From the NCBI GenBank assembly GCA_964466295.1, contig CAYXRC010000001.1, positions 146,640 through 210,639 of the forward strand: a DNA stretch of 64,000 nt, in the 5' to 3' direction. This DNA comes from an uncultured Ruminococcus sp. Lineage in GTDB: Bacteria; Bacillota; Clostridia; CAKSNL01; HGM11501. Below are positions 30,321 through 39,485 of the stretch, piece by piece. Made by a program: the position numbers and the translations under genes. The notes under the pieces are model-generated. The model made no database searches. It was not told the DNA's origin and saw only the letters and a list, made by a program, of their open reading frames with translations. Position 1 is the first letter of the stretch. Every line of letters begins with the position of its first letter.

Positions 30321-30988
30321 TTTTCACCATTATAGAAAACAGTAGGAATGATACCCTTTTTCAGCTTTACAATATAGAATTTATCGTCCTTTTCCATTAT
30401 AGCATAACCATTATCACTGAAATCTGTGAAATCTGCCTCAAAGGTGTATTCCGATTTATCTGACATAACCTTTTTAAATGTTGTTGTAATGCTATCATAT
30501 TCGCCTGTGAAGTCATTCATTGCACCGTAAGAATCTCTTGCAAGACCAATATTATAGCCAAAGTCAAAGCCTTGTCCTCTTTCACCCCAGCATATTTCAT
30601 TATTATCTGCATCATTATAACTGAATCTCATTCCGTCATCACCGAGAACTTCTTTTAATCCGTCGTTATATGAAGCACCGCTGACAATTTCATCATATTT
30701 TTTATCAAATTCTTCACCCGATAAAAAGTCTGTCAGCTCGGTTATAACCTTTTCACCATTTTCGTTGTATGCTTCTTTCACAATTTTTGCCGCAGAATAA
30801 TCTTCATTCGGCAGAGTATTGTAGCTTTCCATACTGCGCGGTAAATAACCGTCCTCAAAAGTAATTTCCTTTTCGACCGTGAATAAGTCGTTGTTAAACG
30901 GGTCATGTGCAAATGCCACACTTGTCATTGCTCCTGTAAGCATAATCGCCGCAAGCAACGCGCTTAAAGTTTTGTTTGTTTTTCTCAT
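30005..30988 (-). CDS. secreted protein with the same C-terminal Cu-amine-oxidase N-like domain (paralog of 27828..29561)
   Basis: Signal peptide MRKTNKTLSALLAAIMLTGAMTSVAFA. The C-terminal ~100 aa are near-identical to the paralog. Confidence 0.7.
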   Translation of the reverse strand: MRKTNKTLSALLAAIMLTGAMTSVAFAHDPFNNDLFTVEKEITFEDGYLPRSMESYNTLPNEDYSAAKIVKEAYNENGEKVITELTDFLSGEEFDKKYDEIVSGASYNDGLKEVLGDDGMRFSYNDADNNEICWGERGQGFDFGYNIGLARDSYGAMNDFTGEYDSITTTFKKVMSDKSEYTFEADFTDFSDNGYAIMEKDDKFYIVKLKKGIIPTVFYNGEKIKFDQIPVIEEGRTLVPLRAIFEKIGADVNWNGDTQTVTATKDDITVSLTINNTTATKNGEAITLDVPAKIINGRTLVPVRFISDCFGVNVDWDGIMQKVILTK

Positions 30989-31051
30989 CGTTTAAGTCCT
31001 TTCATAAGTAAATTTTAATTTATTATATTAACTGCCGTTTGGCAGATAACA

Positions 31052-32395
31052 TCATTCCTCAATTGTTATGTCCTGAACAAACAGATTATTTTTTATTTCT
31101 GTGTTAAGCAAGATGTTAGGATGTTGCTCAATCAGTTTTTTCACAATCGAAAGTCCCTGACCTCTGTTTTTACCCTTTGATGAATACCCCTTACGCCAAA
31201 CCTTTGACATATCAATATCTCCGTCAAAGCTGTTGCAGAGTGTGATAGAAAATTGGTTCTCATTTTTCAGCATTATAAGCGAAATAATCTTTTCTTCGCT
31301 TTCAATCGCCGCATCATAAGCATTATCAAGCAGATTTCCTACAATTCTGCAAAGGTCAAGAATCATAACAGATTTAATATCAATTTCTTCAAAAATCGTT
31401 ATCTCAACTTTAATGCCATTGGAAATGGCTTCATTCAATTTAGCATTTACCAGACTTTTAAGAGGAAGGTTTTTTATCTGTTTGGTCGCCATATAAATAT
31501 TTTTTGATGCTCTTTCTAAATTTTCACTTTTTAGAATTTCATCTTCAAAATATTTTTCCAATTCATCAAAACGCTTTTCTATAACAAAATCCTGAATTGA
31601 TAAAATCATATTTTTGTAGTCATGCCTTGATTTCTGCATTTCGTCAAGCAGGTTTTCTATTGTCTCGGTATAATTTTTAAGAGTTTCAACCTCGTCCGTC
31701 TTTGTAGTCAAATCCATTTCGCTGCGAAGCAGACCCTGTAGCATTGCCATATTGAGTATCATAAGGAATGAGTACATCCCTACCACAAACATTGCTCCGG
31801 TGTATAGCTCGTAATTACCTGTTCTCATTGCTGATAACGGAACAAAACTGCAAAAAATTGTATCAATTATACTAACTGTCGCATATAGCACTCCGAACAT
31901 CTTAGGCGGTAATACAAAGATGCTCAGCTCCTTAATAGTGTTGATTGATTTCTCCGAGATGTTTTTTATGTTTCTGTATTTGTTGTAAAACCATATAATT
32001 ACAACCGTAGAAATGTTTATAAAAACCATTGCATACATCAGCGAAAAACAACCCTCAGTTGTTGCTGCAAAATGCTTTCTTGCAAATGCAAATGTTCCAG
32101 CTATGAACAACACTAAAAATACTCGGTGTAAAAACGCAGTAAGTAAAGAGATAGCAACAGATGTTGTTATATTTGCCTTAAAAATGAATTTATGTGTTAT
32201 TGCTAAAATTACTATAAATCCCAAAATAGATATAGGCTCAGGCAGAAGAAAATCTGCCGCCAAATCTATAATTCCGCTTAAAGCAATAAAGAGTGATGTT
32301 TTAATATTTTTTGATTTGGCATTTGCATTTGCTCCTATGCTCACCAAAAAGGCGGCTATCATTGCAAAAACAACACTAAACGATTTTACCAACAA
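31052..32395 (-). CDS. sensor histidine kinase, AgrC/ComD-like (multi-TM sensor plus GHKL ATPase)
   Basis: Six or seven N-terminal TM helices. The C-terminal GHKL region carries LCRIVGNLLDNAYDA (N box) and GKNRGQGLSIV (G box). Confidence 0.75.
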   Translation of the reverse strand: MLVKSFSVVFAMIAAFLVSIGANANAKSKNIKTSLFIALSGIIDLAADFLLPEPISILGFIVILAITHKFIFKANITTSVAISLLTAFLHRVFLVLFIAGTFAFARKHFAATTEGCFSLMYAMVFINISTVVIIWFYNKYRNIKNISEKSINTIKELSIFVLPPKMFGVLYATVSIIDTIFCSFVPLSAMRTGNYELYTGAMFVVGMYSFLMILNMAMLQGLLRSEMDLTTKTDEVETLKNYTETIENLLDEMQKSRHDYKNMILSIQDFVIEKRFDELEKYFEDEILKSENLERASKNIYMATKQIKNLPLKSLVNAKLNEAISNGIKVEITIFEEIDIKSVMILDLCRIVGNLLDNAYDAAIESEEKIISLIMLKNENQFSITLCNSFDGDIDMSKVWRKGYSSKGKNRGQGLSIVKKLIEQHPNILLNTEIKNNLFVQDITIEE

Positions 32396-33134
32396 ACGCC
32401 ATCAACTCCTTTGCCTTTCTTGATGAATAAGGACAGGTATTTCCTCCGGCAAGCTCCAAAATACTGTTTTTTCGGTCTCCCGATATTTTCTGAATTTTAT
32501 CAGCATTGACTATTATCGCTCGGTGGCATCTGAAAAATCTATCATCAAGCATATTTTGAATTTCTTTTAAAGGAATATGACTTTCTATCGTCCTTTTGTA
32601 AGTGTGAATGATTGTTTTTCTCCCGATACTATCTGTTTCTATGTAGATTATATCGTTTAAAATCACAGGAAAATAATCTAATCCCGATTTCACCATAATA
32701 TGTGTGTCCTCATTCTTAATTACTGCACTTTCTGTTACAATAGTTTCAAAACATTCCAAAAGTCGTGACTTGTAATTGGCACTTGCTTTATCTATAAAAT
32801 CAAGTATTTTGAGTTTATAAGAAAGTGCTTTCATTCCAAGCTCAGTATGTGAGGTTATGAAAACAATGTAGCCCAGATAATCATATTCCCTTATCTTCTG
32901 AGCAAGTGTTAAACCGTTTATACGGTCTTTAAGATCGATGTCCAATAAATATATATTCCGAGTTCCGTCTGTGTTTTTGGCAAATGTTATTGCTTTTTCA
33001 AAGTCACTCTGCAATTGATAACAGTCGATTTCAATTTCAGATTCAGCAAAATATTCAAAAACAACAGATGAGATTCTGTTTATTGCATTTTTAACATCTT
33101 CGCATATAATTACATTGAATTTCAATTTTCTCAC
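32376..33134 (-). CDS. LytTR-family response regulator (AgrA/ComE-like)
   Basis: Receiver domain followed by a C-terminal LytTR DNA-binding domain (...FFRCHRAIIVNADKI...). It overlaps the kinase gene by 20 bp. Confidence 0.8.
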   Translation of the reverse strand: MRKLKFNVIICEDVKNAINRISSVVFEYFAESEIEIDCYQLQSDFEKAITFAKNTDGTRNIYLLDIDLKDRINGLTLAQKIREYDYLGYIVFITSHTELGMKALSYKLKILDFIDKASANYKSRLLECFETIVTESAVIKNEDTHIMVKSGLDYFPVILNDIIYIETDSIGRKTIIHTYKRTIESHIPLKEIQNMLDDRFFRCHRAIIVNADKIQKISGDRKNSILELAGGNTCPYSSRKAKELMAFVGKIV

Positions 33135-34104
33135 CTCCCAAACTGCGATTGACTACATTATATAAACAATTTTTTTATTTTTAAATAGATTGTGCGTGAA
33201 TGATACAAATTGACGGGTGAATGCAACAAAAAATGATGTTTTTCTTCAAAAAACAAAAAGATGCTATCCTCATTATGTAAAAGAAGATAGCATCTTATGT
33301 TTTATGTATGCGAAGGGCAAATACCCTCCGCTATGCCACGGTCAAAGTGTTCTTGTCAAAGAATCGCCTACCGCAGTCATCTTATATATACTAACGAAAG
33401 AAAGGAGTGTCTACTAACGACACAATTACAAAAGAAAGATGTCAATTTCCTACTGACATCCTTATTATACCGTACACTTTTTCGTTTGTCAGCGCTTTTT
33501 CCGAAATTTTTTAAAATTTTTTCACAGAAAAAGACAACCCAGATTTACTGAATTGTCCCTTCTTAAAAGTTTAGCATTTCATCGTCATAGATTCTTACCC
33601 ATATCTTTTGTAAGAAGTTGTAAGAGAACCATAACTGCATATTTTTATATTATCATCATTAAAACTATCCGTCAATTTTTAAGATGTCAAAAGACAGCCG
33701 AATTCTGGCTGCCTCTTGGTATATTTATTCATTCTTAGATAGGAGTAGTTTAAGAGAGTGGCTTGAGCAATCTCAAACTATCGCATTAACAATATACATC
33801 GTATAGAATCTGTTGTCAAATTTAAAAATACGCTACCGAACCCGATAGCGTATTCCCGACTGCATATGTCAGTCGGTTGAAATATTTTTGAAAGTAAAAG
33901 TGATTACATTGATAGATTTATACAATTTGAAGAAGATTCCTTTTTGTAAATGCGTATTAAATAATTATAAGCATTTTGCACAATTTTGAATCAATATTTT
34001 CTGTGTGGATATTTCTACAAAAATATTGATTTCTCTATATTTTTCTGATACAATCTATAATGTAGTTTTATAAATTTATATTACTATTGAAGGAGATTAA
34101 TTTT

Positions 34105-34308
34105 ATGTCAGTTACTTACAAAAAGTTAAGACTTATGCTAGTTGAAAAAAATATGAAAAAGAAAGACTTGCAAGCACAGGCAGGTCTTACCCATCATGAG
34201 ATGTTGAAGCTAAGAAATGATATGAGTATTACTACTGATACAATTGGTAAGATATGCAAGGCTCTTGATTGTCAAGCAGATGATATTATGGAGTTTGTTG
34301 AAGAATAA
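34105..34308 (+). CDS. XRE-family HTH protein; putative controller (C) protein of the adjacent R-M system
   Basis: 67 aa, HTH_3 (KKKDLQAQAGLTHHEMLKLRN). It lies immediately upstream of and co-directional with a C5-methyltransferase. Confidence 0.6.
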   Translation: MSVTYKKLRLMLVEKNMKKKDLQAQAGLTHHEMLKLRNDMSITTDTIGKICKALDCQADDIMEFVEE

Positions 34309-34327
34309 TTGATTGGAGATAACATAT

Positions 34328-35386
34328 ATGTTTTTTAAATTAGGCGAATTGTTTTGCGGTCCAGGCGGTATTGCTTGCGGTGCAATGAAATCAAAGAGTT
34401 CTGATGGCAAATATGGTGTAACTCATGCATGGGCAAATGATTATGATGAAGATTCATGCGAAACATACAAAAAGAACATTTGCCCCGATTCACCAGAAAG
34501 CGTTTATTGTGGTGATGTAAAAAATTTGGATATAAAATCTTTGGCACCGATTGATGCATTTTGCTATGGATTTCCATGTAATAGCTTTTCCAATGTAGGA
34601 AAGCATCAAGGCTTTGAAAATGAAAAATTCGGACAGTTATATTGGTATGGCATTGAAGTCTTAAAACATCATAAACCACAGTGGTTTGTGGCAGAAAATG
34701 TATCCGGAATACGTTCTGCGGGGTCTGGTGATTTCAAAACCATTTTGAATGATATGCGTGAAGCTGGATACAAATTGAATATTAATCTTTATAAATCCGA
34801 ACAATATGGTATTCCCCAAACAAGACATAGGGTAATTATTGTTGGAATCAGAAATGATATACCGGTTGAATATAAAGTGCCTGATCCTGCTATGTATGTA
34901 GACTGTGATATAACTTCAGGCAAGGCTCTTGAAAAGATTCCAGAAAATGCACCCAATAATGAATCTAGAAAACTTTCAAAAGATGTAGTGCGAAGATTAT
35001 CACTTATTAAACCAGGAGAAAATGTATGGCAGGCGGAAGAACGCTTGGGAGATAAATTCCCAGATGAATTAAAAATACACACCAAAACAAAAATAAGTCA
35101 GATATATCGTAAACTCGACCCGAAAAAACCGGCTTACACAGTTACGGCAGCTGGTGGTGGTGGCACTTTTATGTATCATTGGACGGATCGTGAACTTACA
35201 AATCGTGAAAGAGCAAGGATTCAAACTTTTCCTGATGATTATGAATTTATAGGAAATTACAGTAGTGTAAGAAAACAAATTGGCATGGCTGTACCATGCA
35301 AATTATCCGAAGTGGTAATTACTGCAATTCTTAATTGTTTTGCGGGAATAGACTATCCTTCAATAAAACCGAATATGGAGGAATAA
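34328..35386 (+). CDS. DNA cytosine-5 methyltransferase (R-M methylase 1)
   Basis: FCGPGGIACG (motif I), GFPCNSFS (motif IV) and AENVSG (ENV). Confidence 0.9.
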   Translation: MFFKLGELFCGPGGIACGAMKSKSSDGKYGVTHAWANDYDEDSCETYKKNICPDSPESVYCGDVKNLDIKSLAPIDAFCYGFPCNSFSNVGKHQGFENEKFGQLYWYGIEVLKHHKPQWFVAENVSGIRSAGSGDFKTILNDMREAGYKLNINLYKSEQYGIPQTRHRVIIVGIRNDIPVEYKVPDPAMYVDCDITSGKALEKIPENAPNNESRKLSKDVVRRLSLIKPGENVWQAEERLGDKFPDELKIHTKTKISQIYRKLDPKKPAYTVTAAGGGGTFMYHWTDRELTNRERARIQTFPDDYEFIGNYSSVRKQIGMAVPCKLSEVVITAILNCFAGIDYPSIKPNMEE

Positions 35387-35389
35387 ATA

Positions 35390-36469
35390 ATGATTCAAAA
35401 AGTAGATACCATAACAGGATTGCCAACATTTATAGTTTCCGATTTTGATGAACCTGTTTTATATACACCCGCAAGAACCGAATTCGCTCGCCCTTGTTTT
35501 TCTTTAAAGATAATCACTGCCTTTACTGATTGTGAAAGAATTTCTACTCATATGATTAAACTTGCAGAAGGTATGAAAAACAATAGATTACTTAAAGGTT
35601 TATCGGTTGAGATAATTCTCGGAATGACAAAATCAAGCCTTTCACAGAAAAAGCATGAGGATATATGTCGTTTGGTCAGGTTTTTAAATGATGCAAAAGA
35701 TATGCCTAAAATATCTTGCAGATATATCTGTCAAGGACCGGAAGTTCATTCTAAAGTATATATTTGGTCAAGTCATGATGAGGTAACAAATGAACTTCCT
35801 TGTATAGCATTTTGTGGTTCACTAAACTATACAATGAATGCTTTCTATAAACGAAGAGAATCGGTGAGTATGTGTAATTCACTTGAAGCATACATGTACT
35901 ATAAAAATCTTCTACCTGATACAATAGATTGTTTTGACCCAGATGTTTCTGAAAAACTCAAAAATGTAATGAATAACACTTCGGATACATTTGTGGAACC
36001 AGATAATTCTGAAAAGGATTATCTTACATATGACGCAGAAACACCAGTTGATACTTTAACTGTTTCTCTTTTAAGAGCTGACGGCAGTGATACTGGATAT
36101 GGCTCGGGAATAAACTGGGGAATTCGCAAAAATGGTACAAAAAGAAATCAAAACCAGGCGTATATTCCTTACAATCGTAAAGATAAGAAAGCAGGTTTCT
36201 TCCCTGACAGAGAAAATCCGGATGACGAAAATTGTCCTATGTTCAAGGTTATTACAAAAGACTTTGGTTCTTTCCATATGCGAATGGCACAACAAGGAAA
36301 CAAAGCACTTCATAGCGTTGAAAGTAATGCAATTTTAGGCGAATGGATAAGAAAACGAATTAACGCTCCTTCAGGAGGTTATGTTACAAAACAAATGTTG
36401 GAATTATATGGCAAGACTGCCGTTACATTCCGCAAATACGAAGACGGTACATATTTATTAGATTTTTAG
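35390..36469 (+). CDS. putative PLD-family (HKD) type II restriction endonuclease (NgoFVII/BfiI-like)
   Basis: HSKVYIW...GSLNYT resembles an HxK...GSxN phospholipase-D nuclease motif. The gene lies between two C5-methyltransferase genes with 3-25 bp spacing. Confidence 0.4.
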   Translation: MIQKVDTITGLPTFIVSDFDEPVLYTPARTEFARPCFSLKIITAFTDCERISTHMIKLAEGMKNNRLLKGLSVEIILGMTKSSLSQKKHEDICRLVRFLNDAKDMPKISCRYICQGPEVHSKVYIWSSHDEVTNELPCIAFCGSLNYTMNAFYKRRESVSMCNSLEAYMYYKNLLPDTIDCFDPDVSEKLKNVMNNTSDTFVEPDNSEKDYLTYDAETPVDTLTVSLLRADGSDTGYGSGINWGIRKNGTKRNQNQAYIPYNRKDKKAGFFPDRENPDDENCPMFKVITKDFGSFHMRMAQQGNKALHSVESNAILGEWIRKRINAPSGGYVTKQMLELYGKTAVTFRKYEDGTYLLDF

Positions 36470-36493
36470 TATATACAAGGTTGGTGAGATGTT

Positions 36494-37435
36494 ATGCCTA
36501 ATATATGTAGCTTGTTTGCCGGTATAGGAGGCATTGACCTTGGTTTTATACAAGCAGGGTTTGATGTTGCATGGGCTAACGAAATGGATGATGCCGCTTG
36601 TAAAACATATAGACATAATTTTAAAGATACAAATCTGGTTCAAGATAATATTAAGAATATTTCTGCGGATAGTATTCCTGATTTTGATGTTTTGACAGCT
36701 GGATTTCCATGCCAACCATTTTCAATAGCAGGTCTCCAAAAGGGGTTTAAAGACAGAGATGGTAATTTGTTTTTTGAAATAACCCGTATTATTGATGCTA
36801 AAAGACCTAAAATCGTTTTCTTGGAGAATGTCCCGAATCTCATTGAACATGACAATGGAAAAACATTTTTGGTTATTTTCAATTCACTTGCCCAATTCGG
36901 TTATACAGTTTACTATCGTGTTTTGGCATCAAATGATTATGGAAATCTACCACAGATAAGAAAACGTATTTACATAGTGGCAGTAAGAGAAGATTTGACT
37001 GATAAAATATATAGGTATCCCGACCCAATAGAACTTACAAAGATGTCGAGTGACATTATCAAGCGGGATACAAAGCAACATGAGATTTATTATTATACGG
37101 AAGATAGAATGTATAAGTATTTACGATCGCACATGAATGATAAAATGGCAATATATCGTATTACTGATAATGAAGTACGATGGACGAAAAATAGAATGTG
37201 TCCAACACTGACAGCTAATATGGGGACTCGCAAAGATCGCGTCCACGTAGTATGGGATGATTTTGGAATTCGTAAATTAACACTCAGGGAATGTCTTGAT
37301 TTTCAAGGATTCCCTCAGGATTATTATTTTCCGAATACCATTACGATAGATGATGCATATAAGCAAATAGGAAACACTGTTTCTGTTCCTGTAATTAAAA
37401 GATTGGCAGAGACGATAAAAACATTAGTTGAATAA
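36494..37435 (+). CDS. DNA cytosine-5 methyltransferase (R-M methylase 2)
   Basis: FAGIGGIDLGF (motif I), GFPCQPFS (motif IV) and LENVPNL (motif VI). Confidence 0.9.
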   Translation: MPNICSLFAGIGGIDLGFIQAGFDVAWANEMDDAACKTYRHNFKDTNLVQDNIKNISADSIPDFDVLTAGFPCQPFSIAGLQKGFKDRDGNLFFEITRIIDAKRPKIVFLENVPNLIEHDNGKTFLVIFNSLAQFGYTVYYRVLASNDYGNLPQIRKRIYIVAVREDLTDKIYRYPDPIELTKMSSDIIKRDTKQHEIYYYTEDRMYKYLRSHMNDKMAIYRITDNEVRWTKNRMCPTLTANMGTRKDRVHVVWDDFGIRKLTLRECLDFQGFPQDYYFPNTITIDDAYKQIGNTVSVPVIKRLAETIKTLVE

Positions 37436-37492
37436 CGATAGTGAACTTGTGAGTATTATTTGATGGATAAATAAAAAATAAGAGGATTTAAT

Positions 37493-39484
37493 ATGTATTT
37501 AAAAGAATTTGTAATAAAAAATTTTAGAGTTTTTGGAGAAGACGGAATACATTTGATGTTTAATGGAGGAGTAAATGCCATTATTGGTGAGAATAATTCT
37601 GGTAAATCTGCTATAATTGATGCAATAAGAATAGCATATTCAACGATGAATTATAAAAAGGATATATTTTTTTCAAAATCAGATTTTCATATGAATGATA
37701 ATGGAAAAGTTGCTGATTTTTCACAATTCGATATATATTTAGATGATGTACCCAAAAGACTTATTGAAATCTGGAATCCTGAAAGTGAAGGGGCAACAGG
37801 TGGAGAATTTCATGTGCGCTTTGAAAAAGCTATTAACCCTAATGGAATTGAGAAGATTAAAGTTATATCTTGGGGATTCGGAAATGAAGGTAATCAATTA
37901 ACTTCAAATACATTTGAGGCAGTAGAACTTGTTTTTTTGGGAGCATTAAGAGATTCGGAAAATGAAATGAAACCTGCAAAAAATAGCAGACTAGCACAGT
38001 TGTTGAAGAATTTAGTTCCAGAAGAAAGCGGAAGAAATGAACTTGTTAATGTGTTAAGTGAAGCAAATAACGAATTATTAAAGAAAGAACAGCTTAAAAA
38101 AACTCGTGATACAATTAACCAAAACCTAACCCAGATTGAACAGGAGTTTTTAAACCAACAAATCGATATAGGGCTAGTTGAACCTCGTTTTGAGTCTATT
38201 GCATCATCCTTAAGAGCTTGGGTTAAACCTAAATGGGTTTTAATCGAAAAAGATGATGAACTTTATGACAAAGCACAACAATTTTCGCAAGACAATCCGA
38301 AAGCAAAAAAAGTTCATGATACAGAAACCGGTATCTTTTTTGAAAGTTCCATAATAAATGATGATTTAGATATAGATCAAGATATTATAGAAAGACTTAT
38401 TATGGTTTCTAATCGTTCTTTTGAGTTATATCAAAATGGATTGGGGTATAATAATTTACTCTTTATGTCAGCTGTGCTTGGAGATATGTCCATAAGAAAA
38501 GATGGTATTTTTCACAACTTACTTCTGATAGAAGAACCAGAGGCTCATTTGCATCCGCAATTGCAACAATTGGTACACAAATTCTTATCTGTAACGAATA
38601 AAAAAGATTCTCAGATACAAGTTATTTACACATCGCATTCTCCAACATTAGCATCAAAAGTTAAATTGACGAATGTAAATCTTATTTATGAATATAACCA
38701 CAAAAAATATTGTTTGCCCTTCTCTAGAACAAACCTTACCCAATCAGACATATTTTATATGCAAAAATATTTGGATGTTACAAAATCTCAAATGTTTTTT
38801 GCAAGAGGGATTGTGTTTGTAGAAGGAATCAGTGAGGCTATTTTACTACCTGAAGTTGCCAAATATATGCAACGACCTTTTGAAAAATATGCTGTTGAAC
38901 TCGTGAACGTAGATAGCGTAGCGTTTACTCCATTTGTAAATTTACTATCTTCTGATAGTGCAAAAACATGTTTTTCTAAAGTTGCTATTATTACAGATGA
39001 TGACAGATGTTCAAAAAAAGGTGCTGTTGATTATATTGACAAAAATCTCGATTATGATGATGTGTGCGAGGAGATATCTCAGAAAATAGTTAATGGAAAG
39101 CCATCAGAACGTTGCGAAGAATTAAAAAAAGAATGTATGAATATTGGGATGAACGTCTATGTTGCACCAAAAACATTAGAATTTGCATTATGCTGTACGG
39201 ATGATAATATTTGTTTTATGATTGAAGCAATAAAAACGGTTTATAAAGATTTAGGAAAAAATCTAGAAAATAAAATTAAAGACTTGAACGATATTAATCA
39301 AAAGGCAACATGTATATGGCTATTCATCAGAACAAGAGATAAGTGTAAAGGAGCAGTTGCACAATACATAAGTCAGGTAATTAAAGAACAGCGTATAAAA
39401 GAAGAAAATGGCGAAGAGCTTGATAAAAAATTTACTATACCAGACTATTTGAAAAATGCAATTTATAGTGTGACCGAAAAATAA
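37493..39484 (+). CDS. gajA: Gabija GajA-like OLD-family ATP-dependent endonuclease (ABC ATPase plus TOPRIM)
   Basis: N-terminal MYLKEFVIKNFRVF...IIGENNSGKSAIIDAIR (AAA_15/21 Walker A). H-loop EEPEAHLHPQ. C-terminal TOPRIM with FVEGISEAILL and IITDDD (DxD). Confidence 0.65.
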   Translation: MYLKEFVIKNFRVFGEDGIHLMFNGGVNAIIGENNSGKSAIIDAIRIAYSTMNYKKDIFFSKSDFHMNDNGKVADFSQFDIYLDDVPKRLIEIWNPESEGATGGEFHVRFEKAINPNGIEKIKVISWGFGNEGNQLTSNTFEAVELVFLGALRDSENEMKPAKNSRLAQLLKNLVPEESGRNELVNVLSEANNELLKKEQLKKTRDTINQNLTQIEQEFLNQQIDIGLVEPRFESIASSLRAWVKPKWVLIEKDDELYDKAQQFSQDNPKAKKVHDTETGIFFESSIINDDLDIDQDIIERLIMVSNRSFELYQNGLGYNNLLFMSAVLGDMSIRKDGIFHNLLLIEEPEAHLHPQLQQLVHKFLSVTNKKDSQIQVIYTSHSPTLASKVKLTNVNLIYEYNHKKYCLPFSRTNLTQSDIFYMQKYLDVTKSQMFFARGIVFVEGISEAILLPEVAKYMQRPFEKYAVELVNVDSVAFTPFVNLLSSDSAKTCFSKVAIITDDDRCSKKGAVDYIDKNLDYDDVCEEISQKIVNGKPSERCEELKKECMNIGMNVYVAPKTLEFALCCTDDNICFMIEAIKTVYKDLGKNLENKIKDLNDINQKATCIWLFIRTRDKCKGAVAQYISQVIKEQRIKEENGEELDKKFTIPDYLKNAIYSVTEK

Positions 39485-39485
39485 T

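Noticed and set aside
33135-34100. agrB/agrD-like genes upstream of the LytTR regulator
   Set aside because: Only short ORFs with no signal or propeptide features (33217-33738) are present, and there is no ~190-aa polytopic membrane protein. These are judged non-coding promoter DNA.
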